DNA from: Candidatus Eiseniibacteriota bacterium | GTDB lineage: Bacteria; Eisenbacteria; RBG-16-71-46; CAVPCR01 | NCBI GenBank assembly: GCA_963823555.1 | Contig: CAWGMA010000001.1 | Coordinates: 800,001-864,000 of the forward strand | Direction: 5' to 3' | Length of the DNA: 64,000 bases | Part shown: positions 48,686 to 57,515 of the stretch, one piece after another | Layout of the letters: each line of letters starts with the position of its first letter | Position numbering within the stretch: position 1 is the stretch's first letter | The notes under the pieces: generated by a model | Database searches by the model: none | What the model saw: only the letters and a program-made list of their open reading frames with translations | Told to the model about the DNA's origin: nothing | Program-made: the position numbers and the translations under genes

Positions 48686-50614
48686 ATGCGGCGATTCCTC
48701 GATCTCAGCCGCCACGCTGCTGGTCGTCTCGGGCCATTCCTCGTGGTCGGCATCCTGCTCATGGCGGCTGTGATCCCCGCCCAGGCGGCGACCCGGCTCG
48801 TGAGCGTTCCTGCGGATGCCCCGGGCCTCACTGAACTCGGCCTCGAGCTCGATCACGTCACGCGTGAAGGTAGCCGCGTGATGCTCGTGGCGGGCGACTG
48901 GGACCTGGCCCAGCTCGCGGCGGCGGGGATCGACTACGAGGTCGTGATCGCCGACATGGAGGCGTACTACGCCGATCGGCTCCTCGCCGAGCGTTCGCTG
49001 TGGCAGGGAGCGAGCCCCGCGGACACGCCGGGATTCGGTCTCGGCTCGATGGGCGGTTACTACACCTGGAACGAGGTGATCGGAAAGCTCGACGAGATGC
49101 GGACGGACTATCCGACGCTCGTTACCACCAAGCAGAGCCTCGGGATCTCGCATGAGGGTCGCGACGTGTGGATGGTGAAGATATCCGACAACGCCGACCA
49201 GAGTGAAGGAGAGCCGGCGGTTCTCTACACGGCACTCACTCATGCCCGTGAGCCCGAGGGGATGATGCTCCTCGTCTACTACATGTTCCATCTCCTCGAG
49301 AACTACGGGACCGATCCCGAGGCCACGTACCTGGTCAACGAGCGGGAGATGTACTTCGTGCCGGTCATGAATCCCGACGGGTACGTTTACAACCAGACGA
49401 CCGATCCCTCCGGCGGCGGCATGTGGCGGAAGAACCGGCGCGACAACGGCGGTGGCATCTACGGGGTCGATCTGAATCGCAACTACAGCTTCTACTGGGG
49501 CTACGACAACCAGGGCTCGAGCCCCACCCCGAGCTCGAGCACCTACCGTGGGCCGGCGCCGTTCTCCGAGCCCGAGACGTCGGCGATCCGGAACTTCCAC
49601 CAGGGGCCGACGATCACGACTGCCTTTCACTATCACACCTACGGCAACTACGAGATCCATCCCTTCGGTATCGCGCCGACCGCGTTCCCGCCGGAGCCCG
49701 ACTACAGCCTGTATCTCTTCTACGGCAGCGAGATCTCGGCGATGAACGGTTATCTCGTCGGCAACTCGTGGGGCACGGTCCACTACGCGGTGAACGGCGA
49801 CGCCGTCGACTGGAGCTACGGCGAACAGACCGAGAAGAACAAGGTCTTCGCCTTCATCCCCGAGGTGGGAAGCCAGAGCGACGGGTTCTGGCCGCCGTCT
49901 TCGCGCATCGTGCCGCTCGCCGAGGAGAACCGCGGCCCGAATCTCTACTGGGCCTGGATCGCCGGAGCGCGCGGGGTGCTGACCGGGGCCATGGCGGGAC
50001 CGGAGGTGCCGGCCGGAGCCACGTCACCGGTCGTCGTCGACGCCGGCAACTTCGGTCTCGGGTCGGCCGCCAGCGATCTCACGGTGGCTCTCGCGTCGGC
50101 CGACCCCTATGTGACGATCGCTGTGCCGGAGAAGCCGTTCCCGGTGCTCGGGCCGCTCGAAGTCGGCAACAATGCGAGCGACCCGCTCGAGTTCACGGTT
50201 GTCGCCGGGGCGCCGGGCGGCCATGTGATCCCGCTCCAGGTGACACTCAAGCAGGGTGGTGTCGTGCGCGGCCAGACCAACATCCAGGTGACGGTGCAGG
50301 CCTCGGCTGGTGTGGGCGAGAACGGAGCGCCTGGGATCGGCACGCTCGCGGTGCGTGCGACTCCGAACCCGATGGCCGGTGGCACCGAGGTCCGGCTCGC
50401 TCTGCCGGCTGCGGGACGCGTCGAGGTGGCGGTCGTCGATGTCGCGGGCCGCGTGCGCCGGACGCTGGCGGTGGGGGAGATGGCGGGGGGTGAGCACCGG
50501 ATCGCCTTCGATGGGCGCGACGACTCGGGCGCGGGGCTGGCGAGTGGGGTTTACCTGATCCAGGTGCGAGCCGGCGCGGCTCACGCCGAGACGCGGCTCG
50601 TCGTGCTCAGGTGA
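48686..50614 (+). CDS. Secreted M14 zinc carboxypeptidase with a FlgD-like C-terminal domain, copy 2
   Basis: AAGGAG RBS; HARE, WRKNR, GVDLNRN, FHYHTY and IPEVG; collinear with 20500-22425. Confidence 0.9.
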   Translation: MRRFLDLSRHAAGRLGPFLVVGILLMAAVIPAQAATRLVSVPADAPGLTELGLELDHVTREGSRVMLVAGDWDLAQLAAAGIDYEVVIADMEAYYADRLLAERSLWQGASPADTPGFGLGSMGGYYTWNEVIGKLDEMRTDYPTLVTTKQSLGISHEGRDVWMVKISDNADQSEGEPAVLYTALTHAREPEGMMLLVYYMFHLLENYGTDPEATYLVNEREMYFVPVMNPDGYVYNQTTDPSGGGMWRKNRRDNGGGIYGVDLNRNYSFYWGYDNQGSSPTPSSSTYRGPAPFSEPETSAIRNFHQGPTITTAFHYHTYGNYEIHPFGIAPTAFPPEPDYSLYLFYGSEISAMNGYLVGNSWGTVHYAVNGDAVDWSYGEQTEKNKVFAFIPEVGSQSDGFWPPSSRIVPLAEENRGPNLYWAWIAGARGVLTGAMAGPEVPAGATSPVVVDAGNFGLGSAASDLTVALASADPYVTIAVPEKPFPVLGPLEVGNNASDPLEFTVVAGAPGGHVIPLQVTLKQGGVVRGQTNIQVTVQASAGVGENGAPGIGTLAVRATPNPMAGGTEVRLALPAAGRVEVAVVDVAGRVRRTLAVGEMAGGEHRIAFDGRDDSGAGLASGVYLIQVRAGAAHAETRLVVLR

Positions 50615-50637
50615 GCGCTTGAAGTGAGAAGGGGACG

Positions 50638-50685
50638 CGAACCGCGGGGCGCAGCATGCTACTGCGCCCCGCAGTTCGTTTCTCA
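50638..50685 (+). terminator. Intrinsic terminator
   Basis: GCGGGGCGCAG/CTGCGCCCCGC stem followed by a T-rich tail, just after the M14 copy 2 stop. Confidence 0.6.
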
Positions 50686-51099
50686 TTCTCGGGGACGAGC
50701 ATCACGAGTCCGCTCGGAAGCCTGGGGGTCTGGTCCGGAATACCCAGCCGCGACTCCCTGGCTCCATTGATGGGTCCCGCGCAACCCTGAGACGACTTCT
50801 CTCCAACTACGCGCGTCATCAGTGTCGCGGAGGTCATGTCAGCACGGGTTGCGAGCGCGGGGGCGCTGCTGAAGACACGGAGACGGCCAAAGTGCGTACG
50901 CGTATAGGTATTTGACGTACTCCAAGATCGCCTGTGCATGACCATCTCAGCAATTGGTTGGATGCATGCACAGCGCCAATACTCCTTGACTGCGGTCCAT
51001 CATCGCGCACAATAGGTGAGGGCTGGAGCTCCTCCAGCTGCCGGTGGAACCCCTCTCCTCATCTGGCAGCACAGGGATCACGGACATGGAGGTCGCACA

Positions 51100-51567
51100 A
51101 TGAATCGATTGCTCACGTGTCTCGCTGTCTCGCTCGTTGCTCTTCTGTTCATACCATCCATCACCTCGGCGAATTGCACCCAGGGCTTCTGGAAGAATCA
51201 CCCCTATCTGTGGTGTGCTCAGTCGCTGCAGCTCGGCGATGTTGTGTACAACCAGGACGAGCTGCTCAGTATCCTGTGGCTGGAAGTGGAGGGGAACGGC
51301 CTTGTCTCGCTTGCGCACCAGCTCATCGCGGCGAAGCTCAACGTTGCCTGTGGTGCCGACCCGATCGATTGCATTGCTGACGCCGATGCGCTCGTCGGAA
51401 TGCTGGTTGTGCCTCCGGTTGGAACTGGACATCTACCTCCTGAGGTCACATCGCCGCTCATCCAGTGTCTGACTGCCTTCAACGAATCGCCGGGCGGTAA
51501 CACGCTCTGCGATGTCATCCCGATCGACCCGACCAATTGGGGGTCCATCAAGGCGATGTACCGCTAG
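51100..51567 (+). CDS. Small secreted Cys-rich protein with a C-terminal WGSIKAMYR motif
   Basis: GGAGG RBS, signal peptide, TQGFWKNH and LAHQLIAAKLN motifs, and six Cys in the mature part. Confidence 0.75.
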   Translation: MNRLLTCLAVSLVALLFIPSITSANCTQGFWKNHPYLWCAQSLQLGDVVYNQDELLSILWLEVEGNGLVSLAHQLIAAKLNVACGADPIDCIADADALVGMLVVPPVGTGHLPPEVTSPLIQCLTAFNESPGGNTLCDVIPIDPTNWGSIKAMYR

Positions 51568-51594
51568 AGCGTCGTCCCTCAACTAGCTATCGTT

Positions 51595-51636
51595 CAGTGA
51601 CCCCGGGGGAGCGTTCCGCCGGGGTCGCTGTTTCTT
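51595..51636 (+). terminator. Intrinsic terminator
   Basis: CAGTGACCCCGG...CCGGGGTCGCTG stem followed by TTTCTT. Confidence 0.6.
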
Positions 51637-51818
51637 GTGAGTTGGCGGTTGCTGGGAGGGTGAGGTCCTCATCCGACTTCCTGGAGCCTGGAGAGCTGCG
51701 ACGAGTGAATGCCGCACCTTTCGGCTTGCGCCATCGTGTAATGTCAGAAGCTCCGGAATGAGCCCGCAATGAGTCATTAACAAAGAACAAGATCATCCGA
51801 AGGTGAGGAATCCCATCC

Positions 51819-52409
51819 ATGCACACCTGCTGGAATCGGCCGTCTGGTCCGCGTGCACTTCTCGTTGTGTTCCTTCTGGTCGCGGCGGGAGCCTTCTCCA
51901 CCGCCCACGCCGAGGCTGTCATCTATGAGGCGAGTCTCGACGGGCAGAGCCAGTCTCCACCCAACGCATCCCCCGGAATCGGGAACGGTCTGGTTGAACT
52001 CGACGCCGTGGCGCACACGATGCGCATGAGGGTCACCTTCAGCGGGCTGATGGGCACCACCACTGTCTGTCATATTCATGCGCCGACCGCGGTGCCCGGG
52101 ACAGGGACCGTGGGGGTGGCGACGCCGACCTTTCCCGGGTTCCCAGCCGGCGTTACGGCCGGGATCTATGACCATACATTCGACATGACCCTGCCGACCA
52201 GCTACAGCGCGAGCTTCCTGGCCGCCAACGGTGGGACCGCAGCCGGTGCGGAAGCTGCCCTGTTCCAGGCCATCGCTGATGGCAGGGCATACCTCAACAT
52301 CCACACGAGCGAATTTCCCGGGGGGGAAATCCGCGGCTTCTTCCAGCCCCTTAGCCCGACGCCCACGGACGAGACGACCTGGGGACGATTGAAGTCGCTC
52401 TATGATTGA
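51819..52409 (+). CDS. Secreted CHRD-domain protein with a C-terminal TWGRLKSLY motif
   Basis: Signal peptide, CHIH and AYLNIHTSEFPGGEIRG (CHRD signature). Confidence 0.88.
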   Translation: MHTCWNRPSGPRALLVVFLLVAAGAFSTAHAEAVIYEASLDGQSQSPPNASPGIGNGLVELDAVAHTMRMRVTFSGLMGTTTVCHIHAPTAVPGTGTVGVATPTFPGFPAGVTAGIYDHTFDMTLPTSYSASFLAANGGTAAGAEAALFQAIADGRAYLNIHTSEFPGGEIRGFFQPLSPTPTDETTWGRLKSLYD

Positions 52410-52796
52410 TAGCGTTGAGGAAGCGGGCGCCTGGCGCGCCCGGATCACCTGAGGCCACTGGTCGCGCCACGCGGGATCGACGTACGAGTGGAACAGGCGC
52501 CCGACCTTGCCGGTTTTCCGGCGCGTGATCTCTCTGTACCGGATCAGATTGCTAAAGATGAGCGCGCGGAGAAGGGGACGGGGTTGTGATGCCCCGACGA
52601 TCCAAGGACGCCGTGATGGCCACGGCCGACACGACGGCCCACGCTACGCATGCCACGGCCAGGAACATCAGTCCGTATGGATGCTCATTGCAGACCCCCT
52701 GCTCCCGTCACGGGATCTCTTGACCGGCACGTGGATGACGTCCCTACGGCGTCCTCATGCCGTCCTGGCGGGAGGCGGATCGCGCGTCCCCCGCGG

Positions 52797-54176
52797 CTAC
52801 TTGATGAGGGCGAGCGGCTCGGTCTCGGTGCCGGTGGGCGAGGTCACACGCAGGTAGTACACGCCGCTTGCGGTGGTCTGGCCGGCGTCGGTGTCGCCGT
52901 TCCATCTGAGGCGATGCTCGCCCGCGGACATTCGGCCGTGATGGAGTGATCGGACGAGGCGCCCGTGCACATCGTAGATCGCAACGCGTAGCGGGACGCT
53001 CGAGTCATTTGTGAGCAGCGAGATGGTGGTCGCCGGGTTGAAGGGATTCGGAAAGACGCCGCGCAGCACCTGGCGCTCGGACGCCGCGACGGGATCGAGC
53101 TGGAGGCCGGCCGTGCCCCGCACGCTCTCGAAGATGTAGAGCCCGGTCTCGACGTCGCTGGCGAGGATCCTTCCGGACGGCAGGAACGGATAGACCCCCC
53201 AGGTGCCACCGTAGGTGGCGGGCGGTGTTCCCGGAGTCGTGTCATAGAAGTAGGACTCCACCGGGTTCTGGGGATCCGAGATGTCGACGACGCGCACGCC
53301 CTCCCAGTAATAGGATATGTAGACGAGCCCCTCCTGGATGAACGCGTTGTGGATGATGCGCGCCTCGGCGCCGGTCGCCGTGTACTCGCCATCGGGAAGG
53401 ACAGCGCCCAGATCGGTGATATCCCAGATCCGCAGGTGCCCGCCTTGGGTTTCATCGGTCGTGACGGCGATGGTTGCGTCTTCGTTCGTCCAGACGTTGT
53501 GGCAGACGGCGTTCGGCCAGGTGACGATGGTCACGGTATCGATGCTGGCAGGGTTGGTCACGTCGAGGATATACAGACCCGACCCGTGGGGAGCGTCGTT
53601 GTAGATCTTGGCGCCGTAGAGGATGCCATCCTTGACATAGCCGTCGTGCAGGTAGCGGTCGCTATAGTCACCGATCTGAGTGGGCGCGAGCGGGTTGGAG
53701 ATGTCCAGGATGGGATTGTTGTTGCCGACCCCGAACAGGTAGGCGCGCTGGGTCGTCTCATCGATATAGAGGTTGTGGGCGGTGGTCCCCCACCGGGTGG
53801 CGTCGAACGCGGCGTAGGGGTTCGATACGTCGATCACCTGCATTCCTCCGGAAGCCTCGCTGACCGAGAACACGTAGTCGCCCAGATGCTTCATGTCCCG
53901 CCAGTTCGACTGCGGGCCGGGGACGAAGGAGGCGACGACCGGAACGGCCGGGTTGGTGACATCGATGATGTAGACCCCGAGCGAGGAGCCGAGGACCGCG
54001 AATTCGCTGCCGTTGGCCGCGAACCCCCAGACATCGCTGTAGCTCCAGTTGAAGGGAGGGTAGTTGCAGTCACACGGATCGAGGGTGCCGAGGAGGTTGA
54101 GCTCCTGGGAGCCGACTGCGGTCGAGGTCACGATCAAGAGAGCGAGCAACGCGCTGCAGGCCGAGAGTCGAATCAT
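52797..54176 (-). CDS. Secreted LVIVD-repeat (choice-of-anchor B-like) protein with a FlgD-like C-terminal domain
   Basis: SDVWG, WRDMK, AHN, HD and HN motifs; repeated I.D.SNP..P; WGVYPFLPSG.ILASD; FPNPFNP tail. Confidence 0.82.
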   Translation of the reverse strand: MIRLSACSALLALLIVTSTAVGSQELNLLGTLDPCDCNYPPFNWSYSDVWGFAANGSEFAVLGSSLGVYIIDVTNPAVPVVASFVPGPQSNWRDMKHLGDYVFSVSEASGGMQVIDVSNPYAAFDATRWGTTAHNLYIDETTQRAYLFGVGNNNPILDISNPLAPTQIGDYSDRYLHDGYVKDGILYGAKIYNDAPHGSGLYILDVTNPASIDTVTIVTWPNAVCHNVWTNEDATIAVTTDETQGGHLRIWDITDLGAVLPDGEYTATGAEARIIHNAFIQEGLVYISYYWEGVRVVDISDPQNPVESYFYDTTPGTPPATYGGTWGVYPFLPSGRILASDVETGLYIFESVRGTAGLQLDPVAASERQVLRGVFPNPFNPATTISLLTNDSSVPLRVAIYDVHGRLVRSLHHGRMSAGEHRLRWNGDTDAGQTTASGVYYLRVTSPTGTETEPLALIK

Positions 54177-54227
54177 GTTGTCTTCCCTTCGCACAACGGC
54201 AAACCAGGCTGGTCAGAGGCCGGAAGG

Positions 54228-55709
54228 CTAACGCGCCACGACGAGGACACGACTCTCGGTGCGACCGGAGGTGCGGAGTCGTACGAAGTACACTCCATTG
54301 GATACGCGGGCGCCCGACGCATCCTGCAAATCCCAGGTGATCGATCCGCCGCGGATCCCGGCGCCGGAGTCGGCACCGCCGGCGCGAAGCGTGCGCACCA
54401 GCCGTCCCGCCACATCGTAGACCTCGACCCGCGCATCCGTGGTGAGCGGCCGCCCAAGAGCCAGGCGGACCGCGGTCGCCGCGGGATTCGGAGTCGGTCG
54501 GCCGAGGGCTGGCGAGCCGGGGGCCGCGGCGTCACCGCCGGCGGCGTCGCCGATCGCGGCTGCCGCGCAGGTGTCGTACGACGCGCCCATGAGCTGGTTG
54601 CAGGCGTTGTTCTGGGGGCGGGCAGGGGAGAGAGCGGTGAGATTGTAGCCATCCGAGAAGGGTGGGGCGCCCGCGCACTCCTCGGGATCACAGAACAGCG
54701 GATCCTCGAACACGCATGCCGAGTTGTAGTCCGGAATGCCGGTGCCGGCGACACTCGCCGGATCGACGAGGCTGCAGAGGAAGGCCGTGGTCACCATCGA
54801 TCCATCGAGCGTGACATCCGGTACCCCGCAGGTGCCGTTGCCCCAGACGATGCAGCGATCGAGGACCACATCGGCCTGGCCGGCGCAGCTGACGGCGATG
54901 CCCCCGCCGCTCGCGCTGGCGAAGTTCCCGGCGATCGTCGAGCTCGTGAGATAGACGCTGAAGAAGGGACAATCGGCGAAGAGCCCGGCTCCGATCCCCG
55001 CCGAGTTGCCGATGATCGTGCAGCGGTTGACGGCTCCGTCGGGGGTGGCGACCCCGCCGCCCCTGCCCTCCGTCCCGCCGAAGTCGCTCGCCCAGTTGCC
55101 GCGGATCGTGCACTGAAAGAGCGTGGCGTTGTCGACGAACACGCCCCCGCCGAGCCCGGGAACGCCGCCTCCGGAGCCGTTGCCGTCGAACAAGCAGTAC
55201 TGGACCGAGCCTCCGGCCGTGTACATCCCACCGCCGCGTCCATCCGCAGCGATGTTGGCGGTGAAGACGCAGCTCTGCACGAGCGGCGAGCACCCCGCCG
55301 CGATGAGCATTCCGGCGCCGTCCGGCGAGATGTTCGCCGCCGTGGGCCTGAAGTTCTGGATCGTGAAGCCCTCGATGAGTGTCGTCAGCCCCTCGTTGTT
55401 GTGGAGGTGGATGCCGCGCGCATCGGTGAGCTCCCCGTCGATGATCGTGGCCTCGGCCCCCGCTTCGGAGACGAGGCGGATCGCCTTGCCGCCAAAGTCG
55501 ATGTTGCGGTTTCCGGGCCCCGTGTAGAGGCCGGGTGCGACGAGGACCGAGTCGCCCGGTGAGGCGGCGTCAACACCGGCCTGGATCGTGGGCGCGGCGG
55601 AGGGAACGCGGATGGTGGCCGCGGCGGACGGTCCCGGCCCGAAGGCGAGCAGGGAACTGGCCACGATGACCGCGAGAAGACCAGGAATCGGCAGGTGGGG
55701 GATGGGCAT
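54228..55709 (-). CDS. Secreted parallel beta-helix (pectin-lyase-like) protein with a FlgD-like C-terminal domain
   Basis: TIQAGVDAA..GD.VLVAPG.Y, GFTI, repeated C.I.GN.A..GGG, DPLFC and PNP...NGVYFVRL. Confidence 0.82.
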   Translation of the reverse strand: MPIPHLPIPGLLAVIVASSLLAFGPGPSAAATIRVPSAAPTIQAGVDAASPGDSVLVAPGLYTGPGNRNIDFGGKAIRLVSEAGAEATIIDGELTDARGIHLHNNEGLTTLIEGFTIQNFRPTAANISPDGAGMLIAAGCSPLVQSCVFTANIAADGRGGGMYTAGGSVQYCLFDGNGSGGGVPGLGGGVFVDNATLFQCTIRGNWASDFGGTEGRGGGVATPDGAVNRCTIIGNSAGIGAGLFADCPFFSVYLTSSTIAGNFASASGGGIAVSCAGQADVVLDRCIVWGNGTCGVPDVTLDGSMVTTAFLCSLVDPASVAGTGIPDYNSACVFEDPLFCDPEECAGAPPFSDGYNLTALSPARPQNNACNQLMGASYDTCAAAAIGDAAGGDAAAPGSPALGRPTPNPAATAVRLALGRPLTTDARVEVYDVAGRLVRTLRAGGADSGAGIRGGSITWDLQDASGARVSNGVYFVRLRTSGRTESRVLVVAR

Positions 55710-55796
55710 GCAACTACCTCCGGGACGGGAAGTCGAGCCCCAGGCTGGCTCCTTACCGGATCATTCTAGAAGATCGAACCGGGACATGCCAACCCA

Positions 55797-56594
55797 TCAG
55801 GATCCTGGCATCGGCAGGAGCACCTGGGCTTGCAGGCGAAGTTGCCAGTCGGGGCCGACATCGGGTTTGACGACGTTGTAGTAGGCCTGCGACTGCACGT
55901 TGAGCGGCAGCTTGCCCAGGAAGAGCAGCTTGCCTCCTCCCGCCCCGAACGGCACCACCCACCGCTGATCGGACTCGGCCTTCCAGTTCACCGTGATGAT
56001 GGGCGCGCTGTTCACGTACCAGCCGTTGCCGAGCTGGCGGACGATGAAGTACTGGAGGAGACCTCTGTTCACGTCGTCACGATCCGAGTCGCCGGCGAAC
56101 GACCACACGTTGTTGGCCAGGAGCCCCAACGTCCAGGGGCCGTTCTGAGACAGGACGACAGCGGACGGCCCCAGGCTCCACTTCTCCGTGCCGCGGTGTT
56201 CTCCACCAGAGGGGATCTCGAGCACGGGTCCCACACCCCATGTCACCGATCCGCTGGGCGGTACGTAGAACGCTGTGAACACGATGTCAGACAGGCCTGA
56301 AGAGAAGCGGCCACTCTCGGCCGTGATGTCGGGTAGCCACACGACGGGGAAGATGGTGCGGGTCACGATCCGCCCCCCGGCCAGCGGGATGACGGGCTGG
56401 ATGTTCAGCACGTTCCGGGTGCGATCGAACTCGCCGAGTCCGAAGTCATCGTTGAGCTGTAGCGGCACGCTCACGAGGTCAGCGATCGGATTGGCTGCCT
56501 CTTGCGCCAGGTCCTGGGCGGATTGCTGCGCAGGAGAGATCCGCGGCGTCATCAGCAGCAAGAACAGGACGCCGATCACGAACGACCTTGGCAC
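55797..56594 (-). CDS. Putative outer-membrane beta-barrel protein ('neuromedin U'-annotated/MetA-pathway-like family)
   Basis: GTG start after GGGAGG, signal peptide, LA....NPIA.L.S.P.Q, NIQPVIP, WGVGP and alternating beta strands. Confidence 0.65.
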   Translation of the reverse strand: MPRSFVIGVLFLLLMTPRISPAQQSAQDLAQEAANPIADLVSVPLQLNDDFGLGEFDRTRNVLNIQPVIPLAGGRIVTRTIFPVVWLPDITAESGRFSSGLSDIVFTAFYVPPSGSVTWGVGPVLEIPSGGEHRGTEKWSLGPSAVVLSQNGPWTLGLLANNVWSFAGDSDRDDVNRGLLQYFIVRQLGNGWYVNSAPIITVNWKAESDQRWVVPFGAGGGKLLFLGKLPLNVQSQAYYNVVKPDVGPDWQLRLQAQVLLPMPGS

Positions 56595-56960
56595 TCTTTC
56601 GCCTCCCTGGCTGAAGTCTCGCATTGCGCGATCGGCCCGATGATCCCAGCTCCTCACGCTCTCCGCACCTCGGCAAGTCCTCACATCTAGCACTCGCTTC
56701 CCCACGGTCAACGCGCCCACGTCCCTGGCAGGTGCCCGGAAGGGCCGCCTGAGCCCTGTTGGCGGCGCGATGCCCAATGGCCACCGCGAGAACATCACTG
56801 CTTGTAGGTGCCCTTGATATCGCCCCAGCGTACGGGCTCCTCCGGCCTCCTCTCGCCGGCGATCGCGATGCGACGAGCGCTGCACGGGCCGTCCAGGCTC
56901 CGGGGCCGGGAGCGTGGAGAGACTGGGCGAAGCCCCCCCGGCCAGTGCCCCGCCCCCTTC

Positions 56961-57008
56961 TTGACAGACTGCGACGTTTGTCGCATATTATGCGCGACAA
57001 ATGTCGCA
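56961..57008 (+). promoter_or_regulatory. blaI promoter with two palindromic operators
   Basis: TTGACA at 56961; palindromes TGCGAC-GTTT-GTCGCA (56970-56985) and GCGAC-AAAT-GTCGC (56994-57007) flank TATTAT. Confidence 0.8.
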
Positions 57009-57077
57009 GAAGCTTCCGTTCAGGGTGGATAGGCCACCGCGGCCCCGCTTCCGGGGCCGCCCGGCCAGGGAGGAACC

Positions 57078-57515
57078 ATGGGCGAGCCGCTGCCCGATCT
57101 CTCTCGATTCGAGCTCGAGGTGCTGCGCCGGGTGTGGACCCGGGGCGAAGCGACGGCGCGCGACATCCACGCCGATCTCCCGTCCCCGCCGAGCTACTCC
57201 ACCGTGCGCAAGATCTTCGAGCGCCTGGAGGAGAAGGGGGCCATCCTCCGTGTCCGCCGGGACGGGAGGGCATGGGTCTATCGCTCGGCGGTCAAGTCCT
57301 CGGCCATGATCCAGAAGGAGATCCGGCGTCTCCTGGACGGCCTCTTCGGTGGTCGGGCGGCCTCGCTCGTCGCCCATCTCGCCGAGATGGATGAACTGAG
57401 CCTCGCCGATATCCGCGAGATCGAGAGTCTCCTCGACACCGAGCGACCGCACGAGAACGCCCCGGATACCGCTCGCGGCGAAGGGCGACCGCAGCGCACA
57501 AGGAGGCCGGCATGA
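57078..57515 (+). CDS. BlaI/MecI/CopY family transcriptional repressor
   Basis: LS..ELEVL..VW, YSTV....RL..KG, Y.S and FGG...LVAHL. Confidence 0.92.
   Translation: MGEPLPDLSRFELEVLRRVWTRGEATARDIHADLPSPPSYSTVRKIFERLEEKGAILRVRRDGRAWVYRSAVKSSAMIQKEIRRLLDGLFGGRAASLVAHLAEMDELSLADIREIESLLDTERPHENAPDTARGEGRPQRTRRPA

Noticed and set aside
50690..51090. Lower-GC intergenic stretch; considered as an ncRNA, riboswitch or mobile-element remnant
   Set aside because: I found no recognisable RNA motif, terminal repeats or transposase fragment, and the short ORFs look spurious. An Rfam search would be needed.
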